IMG/VR virus record: IMGVR_UViG_3300035698_013060
Span: 124,001 to 188,000 of that record
Length of the DNA stretch: 64,000 nucleotides
Direction: 5' to 3' (one strand)
Program-made: the position numbers and the translations under genes
In this document: in pieces, positions 39,501 through 48,369 of the stretch
Position numbering within the stretch: position 1 is the stretch's first letter
Layout: every line of letters starts with the position of its first letter
Notes under the pieces: generated by a model
Database searches by the model: none
Seen by the model: the letters and a program-made list of their open reading frames with translations, nothing else
What the model was told of the DNA's origin: nothing

Positions 39501-42208
39501 ATTGGATCCCATACTTGGGTCTGAAGAGAGTCTTTGAGACCACCTTTCTTAGACCAGAAGTCAGTGATAGGTTTGAAAGCCCCAATCACTGCATCAGCAC
39601 CACCACCGTCCTGAGACCACCAACTCTTGATCCCATCGACCATACCAGTCCACTTATTCTTAATCCAATCAAAAGCAATCCGGACAGGTTTAGTCATCCT
39701 ATCCATCAAGGAACCACCCTCTGGAGCATCAGGTTTGCCGAAGAACCATCTACCAACTTGATCTCCAACTCTATCAGTCATGTCAGCAATGGCTTGAATT
39801 GGATGCAAGAGCATCTCTTTGATGGACATCCTGTCGGCTTCTCGACGATCTTCTTGTTCCGTGTACTCTTCGTTAGGACCGATGGCTTCAGCAGCCTTAT
39901 TAACAGACGTTACTCTATCTAGTACTTCTTGTGCGTCTTTACCGTCCTTGAAACGCTTGTCGATCTCTCCAGACTTAGTCTTACGGATCTCACCGGTTTC
40001 AAGCTTGGCTTGGATTTCTTTCGCCTTCTCCATATCAGCCTTCTGATCTTGGAAGAAGGAGAGTAATGGATCTGGAGGAGGCTCTGGAAGAGCAGCGATA
40101 GAGGCTTCAGAGGCCCTATTGATCCTACCCTCTCTAGCAGCAGCTGAGACATCAATCCTCATCGCTCGACCATTTTTATCTCTGATCGTCGGCTCACCGC
40201 CATTTGCGCGGACAATATCCCTGAGAAGTCCGGGGATAGTATGGATGATAGCGCTTCTAACGTCGGCATCAAACGGAACTGGCTTGACTCTCCCGACGGC
40301 TTGCGCTGAAGAGACACTTCCCCCGACTTCGTAGGCCTGGATGTCACGGGAAGACCTGATGCTAGATATTTCTTGCTCCAGATCCCTGGACTCTCGGACA
40401 ATCTTTTTCTCGTCTTTGTCAAGCCCACCCTTAGCTTGTCTCTTCCTAAATTTGTCTTCCCCAGTCTGCCTTCTGATATCGTCCAATCGTCTCTGGGCTT
40501 CGATCTCCCTGGAAGAGACCATACTGGAGTCAGACATTACTTGTCTGAAAGCAGAGCCCTTGATATCACTTCCAACCTTATCACCGAATTCTGCACCGCT
40601 AGCCCTGAAGGCAAGTTTCTCTTTTTGTAACTGTGTCAGTCCGGAGACCCCAAGGCCCTTAACAGACTTGTTCCAAGCATCTACGAGCTCGACATTCAAG
40701 CCCGGAGCTGAAAGATCCCCGACAGACTTACCACTAGCAGCCATCTCAGCGCTACGAATCTTTTCCAGTTCTTTTTCAGCTACTTTTCTCTGTTCTGGAT
40801 TGAATTTGAAGGAATCCAGGACATTCCTACTCATATCTGTAGTAAAGCCTACACCACGTGTGGCGGCACTTCTCTCAACATTTAGTTGATCGACGACCTC
40901 TGTTCGAGTCCTCATCTTCCCGGTACCGTAGTCGAAGATCTGTTCATCTCCCTCAGTACCACCATTAATGGCATTGAGAATAAGGGAGAGGTACTTCGGG
41001 ATCACCTCAGTGATCGCCTTTTTGGTATGGGCATCGAACGGAACAGCTTTATCCAGAGTCCCCAATCTAGCGTCTACCCTGGTGTCGTCTCTGTCCATCC
41101 CGAGAAACCTACCAGCACCCCTCTTCAGAGTGTTGAGTACGCCATCATCAGTGATATTAGCCCACTCTTCAAGCTGAAGCATAAGTGTGGCCGGGAGTCC
41201 ACCGATGATGTTATCCATCCTCTGGAATGACTTCTGTAGACTTTCCGGGAAGAATTTCTCAGCGAGGGAGTCCATTGCCAACTCGAGAGGATTCGTGAGC
41301 ATGTCCTTGAACATGTTCATATCTTCGAGTGTAGTCTTGATCCTATCACTGACAGTCCTGACATAGTTTTCCGGACTGAAACCACCGTACTCAGTAAAGA
41401 TCTTATCATACTTGGTTTCAATACCATCACTAGCTCTGCCATCAACAGTCAAGCCAAGTGCCCCTAGATGGGCCTGAGATGCCCTATTGATCTCCTGAAG
41501 CTGGACTGCCATCTCGGAGATACCCGTCATAAGGGAACTCCGGTGCGAATCCAAACCAGTCTGATGGTTGTAGCCCGCTATTACTGCATGTTTCTGTTCT
41601 TGAATCAGACTCCGGATATTGTCCAAGATCGTATTGGTTGCAGTGATTCCTCTACCAAGAGCTCTACTGCTACCAATGACGGCGGAGGCTTGTACTGTAC
41701 CAGCAGCACCGATAGCCGTACCGACCTTACTTCCAAGTGAGGAAGCTTCCGATGAGATGGAAAACTTGTTGGAGACGTTAGTCACTCTGTTATCAGAGAC
41801 TTGAACTGGAGTAGAAGAATCTCCTCCGAAGTCTCCCATATCAATGTCGCTGTCACCCCCGTCGTCGCCTCTACCTACCATATCAGAAGTATCAAAATCT
41901 GACATCATATCGTCGTCGAAACCGAGAGCGGAAGCCATAGCGGCTCCCTTTTCCTCTTCCGACCTATAGAACTTCCCAGTACGAACGGCCTCCGTGGTGT
42001 TCTTCACCATGGCAGCCCCTACGTCCTTGACGACGTTCTCTTTGATCAGGCTTGTGACTTCGGATGCGACCTCTTTGACACTATCGCCCGAGGAGAAGAC
42101 CTCCTCGATCAGCTCGGCTGTTTGACCGAACATTTGAGTCTTGATCGCCCCGGCGGCCGCAAAGCCCAAACTTTTAGCAGCGTTCTTTGTAAAGCTGAAC
42201 GCACCCAT
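33539..42208 (-). CDS. tape measure protein (2889 aa)
   Basis: very long, Ala/Gly-rich; FD..T...I...IP..L motif twice, Gly-zipper repeats, 11-residue Trp repeats. Confidence 0.85.
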   Translation of the reverse strand: MGAFSFTKNAAKSLGFAAAGAIKTQMFGQTAELIEEVFSSGDSVKEVASEVTSLIKENVVKDVGAAMVKNTTEAVRTGKFYRSEEEKGAAMASALGFDDDMMSDFDTSDMVGRGDDGGDSDIDMGDFGGDSSTPVQVSDNRVTNVSNKFSISSEASSLGSKVGTAIGAAGTVQASAVIGSSRALGRGITATNTILDNIRSLIQEQKHAVIAGYNHQTGLDSHRSSLMTGISEMAVQLQEINRASQAHLGALGLTVDGRASDGIETKYDKIFTEYGGFSPENYVRTVSDRIKTTLEDMNMFKDMLTNPLELAMDSLAEKFFPESLQKSFQRMDNIIGGLPATLMLQLEEWANITDDGVLNTLKRGAGRFLGMDRDDTRVDARLGTLDKAVPFDAHTKKAITEVIPKYLSLILNAINGGTEGDEQIFDYGTGKMRTRTEVVDQLNVERSAATRGVGFTTDMSRNVLDSFKFNPEQRKVAEKELEKIRSAEMAASGKSVGDLSAPGLNVELVDAWNKSVKGLGVSGLTQLQKEKLAFRASGAEFGDKVGSDIKGSAFRQVMSDSSMVSSREIEAQRRLDDIRRQTGEDKFRKRQAKGGLDKDEKKIVRESRDLEQEISSIRSSRDIQAYEVGGSVSSAQAVGRVKPVPFDADVRSAIIHTIPGLLRDIVRANGGEPTIRDKNGRAMRIDVSAAAREGRINRASEASIAALPEPPPDPLLSFFQDQKADMEKAKEIQAKLETGEIRKTKSGEIDKRFKDGKDAQEVLDRVTSVNKAAEAIGPNEEYTEQEDRREADRMSIKEMLLHPIQAIADMTDRVGDQVGRWFFGKPDAPEGGSLMDRMTKPVRIAFDWIKNKWTGMVDGIKSWWSQDGGGADAVIGAFKPITDFWSKKGGLKDSLQTQVWDPIKGFAQRSFEGVSKGLSELWSGDKEGGGIKAWMKDKVLDPVSNFASRALKQTGTALTNVRESLFGKEGALNKFWKKAQPHMGKVAATFGGGASLGIIGGPIGMIVGAGAGYALTTDKVKNWLFGKEGDDGDPGIIKKAGDWVQGNAKMLGGGTAGYMFGGPVGMIVGAGAGYALQTDKVQNWLFGNPDEEGDPGVIGKAKIWMKDHEGELWGAGLGGIGASLAGFGPVGMIIGAGAGYALGSQKVQDYLFGEEGKITAIYTKATDYLFGNEKTGDGGLFGEGGKFDALNVWVGENIIDPARTFFTETWTATADWTRKNVIDPMKGVFDPFMEEMKAGFNSLTDIVKNGIKEGMSAVSEFMGTMFETSFGKPFGEMIKENFLEPFGAHIKSFRDWLGKGLGGIMKRGVSFLQEKAAALREKQAARKGAAARAATSLKPEGTETQTAWQKHMGVGGTSTEKAAPKLTETRTEEAQSEWQKRMGVPDKLAGKVTSKDGTVNEPTAEVTATESAKPPPIPTEKQDTSTTSTVEKTGIDSQSKERASIAAARITERDAAARDRRTSRVDRDERRRTSRATRDADLDIKLKEKADARQARKEASLKASPAAQAPALASATSASASGTTASPAQGFGSMVETERHTKDMLNFMKDHLSGTGKNLARLVKKLGIDKDEVDESALGKHRGFFGRMFDKLTSPFKDIGRKLKDGIQAVLDAPKRLMNKIKDIVTDSFSWIKDRAQDIWEGVKAIATEVWDVTKTVTGEAWKAVQTVVPELWKGVTAITKTLWKGAEIAAKGLWDAGVSVTKTMWSAAQAIVPELWNGVKAVTTGLWGALKDDVIPALWSGVTKVVNGLWDGVKALGRGIGSIFGIGADAVSGLASGGKVQLVKIIGSVAIPMYGVEGPGLGDLSEDEVSAGSSGPGVLGRIGGFIGRAVRGTASAISEGASAVFGGSASMTNPSPRETSTPTKAEATSVQQVEIVRSVTLVTRTADTERAADEKDETMDQKAESSERKAIAEEADRDRDSTRMDAKLKDRKAARAARVAKRRDKVKEERDVTDSGDLADTAAIGGMTAADDDADDDVLDTVGVPAQRKGGRIRNIGRKGKAVWRAGRSIMKYGAKRAGERALLKMFGKGGIKTMGKGLTKVGGGAALSAILAGVELARGGFTGHRGSEEAGVGEVEGMISGMLTGSAKKRGTLAKVFRTKEGGVGEAAAGMVGSTGRGAMIGATLGSIIPGAGTAAGAAVGAGIGGIMQARKLVMAPDESVIKANTLVLALKERGVVRDPFGPGKYKVMDWDSVAMMPPANLMELTRSNLFSGRTKDKFKDIAKKRGFGEFVKEEEREQAILDEEESIGKKLAKAVFSPIAGLKLAWMAGKSIMSIVPSIGKWLFRGKETREADALAKALTTEGVVKDPLGWGKWKVTDWDAIGNLPGDKLDLLSKSSKFGKATKEKMAAIAKSKGTVEKEEEDKSKEAIKADKDAKDKESDDFKAIRIVGSAAIPTYGISELYGWLTGSKSEEEGDALAVGLEKVGVLKNTFGWGKWKVLDWDAIGKLPPDKLRLLQQSSKISSYSKRRIDLIAKAAGKTIDKEEREDDKTGIDKIKDKASAALTKSKEAVGKAWDMTKQKSAAAGAFIKGFGKGLLDSGKNLVSNIAKAPGEILGAFKDWGKAIWNMGKDFVANIKEKFFGFMGKIKDFFIKIPGMLKDAIKNAIKGIWNKLFGKEEGGEEDTAAFNESVARLKGSGPKSDEQATGASESVAKPETRGLSENGVKRRVSKTFIINGVSVDEETFRKHKAEKDAKWNKMQSGFGKMGMPESPEEASEIEPVMDKTPGMIKPDMLLGSSKLSTSGGPIPKRSPTATPVSVVKMPTTANRPTVEMSPREMFSRKEDIKTKMLASSIVGDQSKMLTLLEAIASNTNRTADNIESGIPVNLKVTSSEAGSEKRSTDSSMSSGPNMFVGGQGPGQSDAEGRDKTANASLAVPGTILRIAKG

Positions 42209-42252
42209 GGACGTTATCTCCAGGATTGGTTCTCAAAAAGTGGTAGAGTTTT

Positions 42253-42264
42253 CAATAGGATGTT
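42253..42264 (-). promoter_or_regulatory. late promoter AACA-TCCTAT-TG (tape measure)
   Basis: strict match; back-to-back with 42275. Confidence 0.75.
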
Positions 42265-42274
42265 CTTTGATCGG

Positions 42275-42286
42275 AACAACTCATTG
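42275..42286 (+). promoter_or_regulatory. late promoter AACA-ACTCAT-TG
   Basis: strict match; divergent partner. Confidence 0.75.
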
Positions 42287-42319
42287 AGAGTCCTATACGA
42301 TAGCTAACGAAGAGATACT

Positions 42320-43072
42320 ATGGCTTACCTACCAGAACAGGACATACTGACCAAAGTTCTCCATAAGGCCCAAGAAATCGCGGGCGCACGTGAGGACAGG
42401 ACCGGCGACATTATCAATGTAGCAACCTCCCAGATTTCGGAGGTAGTTCCTGATATCGCAGGTTCGCTGATAGATTGCGGATTCTTAGATCTTAGCAAGA
42501 TAGGCGAGATCTGCGATCTCTTGGCTGAGATCTCCACAGTCTCGTTTGCATTAAAGGATGGAGTTCTTTTTCATGTGGACCAAAGTGAGGATCTGTTGGG
42601 AGGAACTGAACTAGAATTGGACGGCGGAGCTGACATAGACGTAGATTTCCTTTCCGGAATGGCTGAGAAACTTACGGGAGCTTCCAAGAGCTTAGCCTAC
42701 ATTCCTAATCTATTTGAAGATTGCATGAACATCCCGACTTTCGATCCCATATCAGGGATACTAGGAGACCTTACTGGACTACTCTCAGATATCATCGGTC
42801 TGAAAAGTCTAGGTGACATCGGATTATCTGGAAAGGAAGACTCCATCAGGTCCATGCTCTTAAGTCGGGTTCAATCTATCCTAAGTTCTTGCAATCTGAT
42901 TCATGGTTCCATCAACTCAGAGATAGCTAATGGTCTACGGGCTCTTGCTATGGTTGGAGATCTATGCTCCGGTTCTCTGGTCAATCCAGAAGTAGATGGG
43001 AGTCCAATACAGGTAGAGGGTATCCCAGACATAGACTACGACATCCTCGATCGAGTAAGTAGGACGGTGTGA
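42320..43072 (+). CDS. acidic late hypothetical protein
   Basis: ORF under a late promoter. Confidence 0.7.
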   Translation: MAYLPEQDILTKVLHKAQEIAGAREDRTGDIINVATSQISEVVPDIAGSLIDCGFLDLSKIGEICDLLAEISTVSFALKDGVLFHVDQSEDLLGGTELELDGGADIDVDFLSGMAEKLTGASKSLAYIPNLFEDCMNIPTFDPISGILGDLTGLLSDIIGLKSLGDIGLSGKEDSIRSMLLSRVQSILSSCNLIHGSINSEIANGLRALAMVGDLCSGSLVNPEVDGSPIQVEGIPDIDYDILDRVSRTV

Positions 43073-43073
43073 T

Positions 43074-43907
43074 ATGAAGACCATCAGAGAGTATGACGAG
43101 TGGAGCACCGAGGTAGACTCTCTCATGCTCCTTAGAGAAGAAGATAAGGAGGCCTACTTTAGGTCAGTCCTGTCTAATGACTTCAAGCTCTCGTGTGAGA
43201 TCCTAGGAAGAACATTCTTCTCCGGGATTTACTCACTGAGCATTCTATATGAAAAGTCAAGAGAAATTCTGGATATGTCTAGGAGGTTGGCTGTATCCCC
43301 GGCTACCCTTCCCAGTCTACCCATAGAATCGTACGTGACTTCTAGTGAGACGAGAGCCATTGGCGGAAGATGTGAAATCGCCAGGTTCTTTGATGGGATG
43401 GACTCAGAGATAGTCTTCCCAGGAATGTCAGCATCAGTCGCCATACTAGAGACTAGCGAATTCTTCGAGAGAACATCAGTGTTATTCTTGGAGTGGTTTT
43501 TACCTCTTGGAAGGAGAAAAAAGATTACAGTTATCAGAGATGCTGTAGCTTTTGTATCTAAATCCAAGAAGGATATGAATATTCCAGCTCATGCTGTTAC
43601 TATCAGATTATCATCCACTGGAGTATTCGCTATACTCAAGGGGATTAGAGATGGTGTCGTGACTGAAGCTCCTGGGGGATGGTACGAAGAAGTTGTTGGT
43701 TCTATAGAATACGTTCTAGAGCGCGAGTCTCTAGTCGACGCTGGTCTTACAGTTGTCTCTGATACATGGAATGCGCTGTTTAGAGACGAAGCTTATCCAA
43801 CTTTGTCTATTCTAAAAGGAGGTGGAAACGAAGAGTTCACTACCTTCATAAACTCTTTGATACCCCATTTTGGAACGGGGGTCGCCAACGCACTAGCGTT
43901 AGCGTAA
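43074..43907 (+). CDS. late hypothetical protein
   Basis: 1-nt gap after the previous gene. Confidence 0.7.
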   Translation: MKTIREYDEWSTEVDSLMLLREEDKEAYFRSVLSNDFKLSCEILGRTFFSGIYSLSILYEKSREILDMSRRLAVSPATLPSLPIESYVTSSETRAIGGRCEIARFFDGMDSEIVFPGMSASVAILETSEFFERTSVLFLEWFLPLGRRKKITVIRDAVAFVSKSKKDMNIPAHAVTIRLSSTGVFAILKGIRDGVVTEAPGGWYEEVVGSIEYVLERESLVDAGLTVVSDTWNALFRDEAYPTLSILKGGGNEEFTTFINSLIPHFGTGVANALALA

Positions 43908-43928
43908 TCTAAGAGAAAGAAGAAAAAG

Positions 43929-43962
43929 AGACGGGAACTTGGCCGAAGCCAGGTTCCCGTCT
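43929..43962. terminator. terminator between convergent genes
   Basis: agacgggaacttggc-cgaa-gccaggttcccgtct with flanking A tract. Confidence 0.8.
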
Positions 43963-43996
43963 TGGGTATTAAAACCCCTGAAACATCGAGATGGGA

Positions 43997-44851
43997 CTAG
44001 TCTTCGGGAACGAAATCCCCGTCTTCATCTATCTCACCGCGAACAGACTCCACGCCTTCGATGTTCCGGTCGTACTTGGAACGACAATGAGCGGGCATCA
44101 GGCTGCTGGATGCGCCATCGATGATACTGCCGAAGAAACGCTCTTGGATGAATACCCGACGGAACATGGCGTCCATGAACTTGAGCGAGTAGTCGCCGGT
44201 CACGGCGATCAGAGTGTCTTCGATCAGAGTCACGAGGTCAGCTGTGATCTTCTTGGACTCAGGAGCGCCGAGGTCGGAAGTCTCGAGGTATTCGTGCACG
44301 ATGCTCATCAACGTGTCACGCGGAATCCGGCTTCCCTCTTCGGGGAGCTCACCGGGGACCGTCAACTCGATGTCATTGACAGTGAACTTAAAAGACTTCT
44401 TGCCAGCCGAACGGCCGCCCAGAACAATACCACGGCGTTTCCCGGCCGTCTTCTTGGCAGCGGGCTTTGCAGTAGTCTTCTTCGTGGCAGGCTTGCCCTT
44501 CTTGGTCGGAGGAGCCTTCTTGACAGGCTTCTTCTTCCCAACGACCTTCTTGATCACGAGCTTCTTCTCGATGACCTTCTTCTTCTTCTTCGGGGGAGGA
44601 GCTTCCTCGACCTCTTCCTCGACTTCCTCGACCTCTTCCTCGACTTCTTCGACCTCTTCCTCGACCTCTTCGGTCTCTTCCTCGACTTCTTCGACCTCTT
44701 CCTCGACCTCTTCGGTCTCTTCCTCGACTTCTTCGACCTCTTCGACTTCCTCAGGCGGAGCCGCAGCGACCTTCTTGCGAGGAACGATTTTCTTCTTCGG
44801 AGCGGAACCGGATTTCGTTCCGACTACTTTTTTCTTGGGACGGATGGCCAT
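43997..44851 (-). CDS. histone-like protein: Lys-rich / poly-Glu / Lys-rich / HU-like domain
   Basis: KKK-rich arms, (EEV/T)n tract, C-terminal RDTLMSIVHE...SKKITADLV..IEDTL.......LKF....F resembling HU/IHF; AAGGA SD at ATG 44851. Confidence 0.65.
   Translation of the reverse strand: MAIRPKKKVVGTKSGSAPKKKIVPRKKVAAAPPEEVEEVEEVEEETEEVEEEVEEVEEETEEVEEEVEEVEEEVEEVEEEVEEAPPPKKKKKVIEKKLVIKKVVGKKKPVKKAPPTKKGKPATKKTTAKPAAKKTAGKRRGIVLGGRSAGKKSFKFTVNDIELTVPGELPEEGSRIPRDTLMSIVHEYLETSDLGAPESKKITADLVTLIEDTLIAVTGDYSLKFMDAMFRRVFIQERFFGSIIDGASSSLMPAHCRSKYDRNIEGVESVRGEIDEDGDFVPED
44601..44752. repeat. imperfect tandem coding repeat (9/12-nt units, EEV/EEEV/EEET)
   Basis: cttcctcgac/ctcttcctcgac units in tandem. 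Confidence 0.9.
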
Positions 44852-45050
44852 GTGATGCATTCCTTGTTTTTCTGATAGGTCATGGCATTTAGATCGAAAG
44901 GGTGCCACCCTCTCTCTTCGTAAGGACTGTCATACAAACTTGGCTTAGTTTGCAAAAAGCTGCCTCTTCTCTCAGATTCTCCTTTCATTTCATAGATCAT
45001 TATTTGGCCGGGTTGGAAATTAACGGGTAAGCCTACAACCGTGCAATCCC

Positions 45051-45063
45051 ATTATATATGTCT
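45051..45063 (-). promoter_or_regulatory. early promoter AGACATATATAAT
   Basis: shares AGACATATAT with the 14601 and 22509 sites. Confidence 0.65.
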
Positions 45064-45254
45064 AATCAAGAAGTTCCCAGTTGGTATGCGACTGAGATCC
45101 GCGCGTCACCATTTGCTTGTTAGCTTCACCTGCGTCAAAAAATTTCCTCAAGAAAAAAAGAAATTATAACCCATAAAGGCGAATGGAAGCTTTCGGACCC
45201 CTCTTTATATCAAGGACCTCCTTAGTTTCTCTTGAGTACTCTTATTTTCTTGTC

Positions 45255-45293
45255 AAAAAGAAAAGAGACGATACGGCGGTATGCCGTATCGTC
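45255..45293 (-). terminator. intrinsic terminator of the fibre operon
   Basis: gacgatacggc..gccgtatcgtc plus U tract. Confidence 0.85.
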
Positions 45294-45322
45294 CCTAAAA
45301 CTCAAGATTTCTGTGTTCCTGA

Positions 45323-46480
45323 TTAGGTCAACTGTATGCCTACATGTGTAGTACCATCAGCCTTCTTAGCGACCAAGAATAGGTTGTCACTATCATCCTG
45401 CCAGAACGCTGCCCTTTCACCAGAGGCAGCCAAATCAGGAATCAGAGTCTGGTCGTACATGTTAATGGAAAGCTTGATGGCATCCCTGACGGCCTTTTCT
45501 GTAGCAGACTGCGTGTCATCAGCAGCACCATCAGCCCTGATAGAAGTGGTGGAAAACAGACGTCCAGTATCCATCCTCGCAATGGCTGTTCCTGAAATCG
45601 CTGAATCAGTCTTGATAGAACCGATGACAGTCGGAGCTGAACCAGTAGCGATCGTTCCTCCGATGACGACGACACCGTTGATGGAGTTCGGAAGAGGATT
45701 CCCCGTTGTGTTCTGTAGAGTGATACCTCCGCCGGATCCGGAGTTCACTACCATCAAGTCGAAGAGACTCGCGAAACCAGCCGTAAGACCAATCACCGGA
45801 GCGGAGTCTGAATCCACCAGTAGGTGACCATCATTGATCGCGAGTACTCCAACTCCGGAGATTGTCCCGGCCCCGGAGTAGTTCAGGTTGGTACATACCA
45901 GATTCATACCACTGTAGAGGATGATATTCGCTTCCTCAACGTTCACATGGTCAAGGTATGTACTTCCCTTGATATCGATCCTGGCACAAGACAACCGACT
46001 GAACTGAACGTATGAGTTCCTCAAGTCGAGGTAGGTGTCAGCCGTGATCCAGATATCACGCAGATAACAAGTTGTCTGGAAAGCACACTGACCTGCAAAA
46101 GTGAGATGAGCATCATTTCCGTTGATAGTCATCCCAATGTGATTCCAGTCCACACCTGCTGGGTGACTGAGCTCACACCCAGGCTGAAGATTCACAACGA
46201 GATCAGGGACGTCGTCGGGTGGAACGGAATCGAGGGCTTGGATAAACGTAACCAGCTCGGTCAGAGTATCGAGATAGGTCGGATCCTGTCCAGGAACGAT
46301 GACCTCGATATTTCCAGCCCATACGGGTGAGGACGCTACGTCCTCTACATCGTTAATACCCATCCCCACCCCAGTGGTGACTAGCTTTCTTCCAGCCGGA
46401 AGGTTTCCTCCAGCAGGAACGGGCAAGCTCGGCCTCTTGGGGAGCTCTGTATTGACAAACTGTTCGAATTGTGTAGCCAT
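45323..46480 (-). CDS. tail fibre / tailspike-like protein
   Basis: FEQFVNTELPKR N-terminus; beta-helix-like G/I/T-rich body. Confidence 0.65.
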   Translation of the reverse strand: MATQFEQFVNTELPKRPSLPVPAGGNLPAGRKLVTTGVGMGINDVEDVASSPVWAGNIEVIVPGQDPTYLDTLTELVTFIQALDSVPPDDVPDLVVNLQPGCELSHPAGVDWNHIGMTINGNDAHLTFAGQCAFQTTCYLRDIWITADTYLDLRNSYVQFSRLSCARIDIKGSTYLDHVNVEEANIILYSGMNLVCTNLNYSGAGTISGVGVLAINDGHLLVDSDSAPVIGLTAGFASLFDLMVVNSGSGGGITLQNTTGNPLPNSINGVVVIGGTIATGSAPTVIGSIKTDSAISGTAIARMDTGRLFSTTSIRADGAADDTQSATEKAVRDAIKLSINMYDQTLIPDLAASGERAAFWQDDSDNLFLVAKKADGTTHVGIQLT

Positions 46481-46503
46481 GTCAGTATCTCCTAGGTAAT
46501 CTC

Positions 46504-48168
46504 TTAGATTACTTCTTCGAGCTCGGCCTGCATCGTCCCTGCCGTGTTAGACACGGCATTAGGAAGATCACAGTTGTACCATACGGTTCCCTGAGGATCG
46601 ACCGATCCACCAAGGCCATCCAAGATGGTGTACTCATCCAGAGTATCATCCTGATCAGCCCTGTGATCGAAGTTGAGAGAACCAGAAGGACTCTTCGAGA
46701 GGTTCGTACATTCCAACTTCATTACATCCAAGACGGAGGTCTCTATGGCAACCTCTCTGTTAGGCCATGCTGAGATGGTGAGCGTCCTAAGGACGAATCC
46801 TCCGATGATGTAGTTCACACCATTGGTAGGAACGTTGATGACCTTTCCAGCCAGGTTGACGGCATCGAAGCTCCCCCACGCGTGGGATCCCTTCACGTCG
46901 TCATCATGGACCTGAAGATCTCTTGTCCAGACCATCGGTCCCCCTGCGAAAGCTGCTCCTTGGAACGTCCCAGACGGAGCGACCATTGTGGGAGGCTGGA
47001 GGAATTCCTGATTTCCAGTGACGGTGATGATATGATCTTGTGCGACAGTACCAGCATTACCACCACTTCTGAGTCTGGCAGCCGGAACGGCGATATCTAC
47101 CGTCATGTCAACATGTGCAATCTGGATGATGACATTTTCCACGGTGGATGCATCGTTAGCTGTTCTTGTCGCAGTGGCTCTGAGATTGTCAACGGAAACA
47201 TTGTAGTTTCCGGAGATTCTCTCAACTGTCTTGCTCGCTTCCACGACTGAAGGATTGGTAATGAGTAGCTCTGCACTGGGCGAGTCGAATAGTACAACAT
47301 CCAGATCTGAGGTGGTGATTACCACTGAAGCCGTCTCAGAGTCCTTGAGGGCTTCCTGTGCTCCGGGGTATGTGGTAATCCCGAATGAGACCGTTGGATG
47401 CAGATTGTTGAGCGGAAGGGTGTTCCCTGTTTCAAAGGCTGCCCCAAGGCTTCCACTGGCGTCTACGGCTTGAATCCGTGCAGTGAGGTTTTGTAGCGTC
47501 GTCCCTCTGTTGGCGATCGTAACCTGAATAGTCGTGTTCGTCGTTGATGCAAAGCTGTGTGAGGATGCTTGGCATGCACCAAAGCCTTCGACCTCGATCC
47601 CTATCATGGGCTCAACAGAATCGATGACGAGGTTGACTACGTCTCCTTCCTTGAGTTCTGTCTGAGTTCCAGGAAGTGCTCCAAACAGAGCTCCTGATAC
47701 TTCAGGTCCAACTTGGATGGTAACGTCACACGCGTTGATCGGACCATCAGAATGGATGGCTGTTACATCTCCGGAAGCTCCAAGAGTGATGTCCACTGTA
47801 CCAGCCCACATCGGTTGATCCGGGAGCTGAGTAAGTGTCACTGAGATACCGTTGACCGTGACTGAAGGTAACAGAGTTGTTCCTCCACTGATAGCCATGA
47901 CGCTAACGGCAATTTCACCGTCGTCAGAGGTACAAGAGATAAGCTCCAATCCGTCTGATCTGGTGACCTTTGAGCCAACATTTCCACCTGCTGCAGGAGC
48001 GATGTCTGTGATGAATATCCCACCAGAGATTCCACCAGCCGTCAGTCCTGCCATGATGGCGTCAATGGACCTAACGGCGTTGTTGAGAATCTGTCCCCAG
48101 TTGTCACTGTCGCCACCAATGTCTGGGAGCTCGATATCGTAATTCGGCGTGTGTTCGTTCTGTGCCAT
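46504..48168 (-). CDS. tail fibre / Ig-like beta-rich structural protein
   Basis: TPNY.I.LP.....W...LN anchor; YPG.Q.ALK..E; T/V/S-rich. Confidence 0.7.
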   Translation of the reverse strand: MAQNEHTPNYDIELPDIGGDSDNWGQILNNAVRSIDAIMAGLTAGGISGGIFITDIAPAAGGNVGSKVTRSDGLELISCTSDDGEIAVSVMAISGGTTLLPSVTVNGISVTLTQLPDQPMWAGTVDITLGASGDVTAIHSDGPINACDVTIQVGPEVSGALFGALPGTQTELKEGDVVNLVIDSVEPMIGIEVEGFGACQASSHSFASTTNTTIQVTIANRGTTLQNLTARIQAVDASGSLGAAFETGNTLPLNNLHPTVSFGITTYPGAQEALKDSETASVVITTSDLDVVLFDSPSAELLITNPSVVEASKTVERISGNYNVSVDNLRATATRTANDASTVENVIIQIAHVDMTVDIAVPAARLRSGGNAGTVAQDHIITVTGNQEFLQPPTMVAPSGTFQGAAFAGGPMVWTRDLQVHDDDVKGSHAWGSFDAVNLAGKVINVPTNGVNYIIGGFVLRTLTISAWPNREVAIETSVLDVMKLECTNLSKSPSGSLNFDHRADQDDTLDEYTILDGLGGSVDPQGTVWYNCDLPNAVSNTAGTMQAELEEVI

Positions 48169-48195
48169 TTCTTTACTCCTTTACGTCGATAAAAC

Positions 48196-48345
48196 TTATG
48201 CTCCGAAGTTCTTGGAGGCAAAACTGGGTGAGTCGGAGCCGTCGTCTCCGTAGTGGAGCTCGTTTCCGCTTACTCCAATGATACTCTGCCAATCAGCTCC
48301 AGGTTGGTTCACATCAGGAATTTCTGTGGTATAACTCGGAGGCAT
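48196..48345 (-). CDS. 49-aa mini-protein MPPSYTTEIPD...GNELHYGDDGSDSPSFASKNFGA (not in ORF track)
   Basis: AAGGAG SD; paralogous to the adjacent 44-aa ORF. Confidence 0.75.
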   Translation of the reverse strand: MPPSYTTEIPDVNQPGADWQSIIGVSGNELHYGDDGSDSPSFASKNFGA

Positions 48346-48369
48346 AATAACGACTCCTTCTTACGGGTC

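Noticed and set aside
33561-41804. Long plus-strand ORFs (up to 399 aa) opposite the tape measure and other genes
   Set aside because: Ser/Pro/Leu-rich antisense shadows without SD or motifs.
44601-44752. CRISPR array or non-coding repeat
   Set aside because: No spacers; the units are codon-phased and encode the Glu-rich tract.
45064-45260. Host sigma70 promoter, tRNA or origin in the intergenic stretch
   Set aside because: TTGACA/TTGACG hexamers lack a correctly spaced -10; no cloverleaf or iterons recognised.
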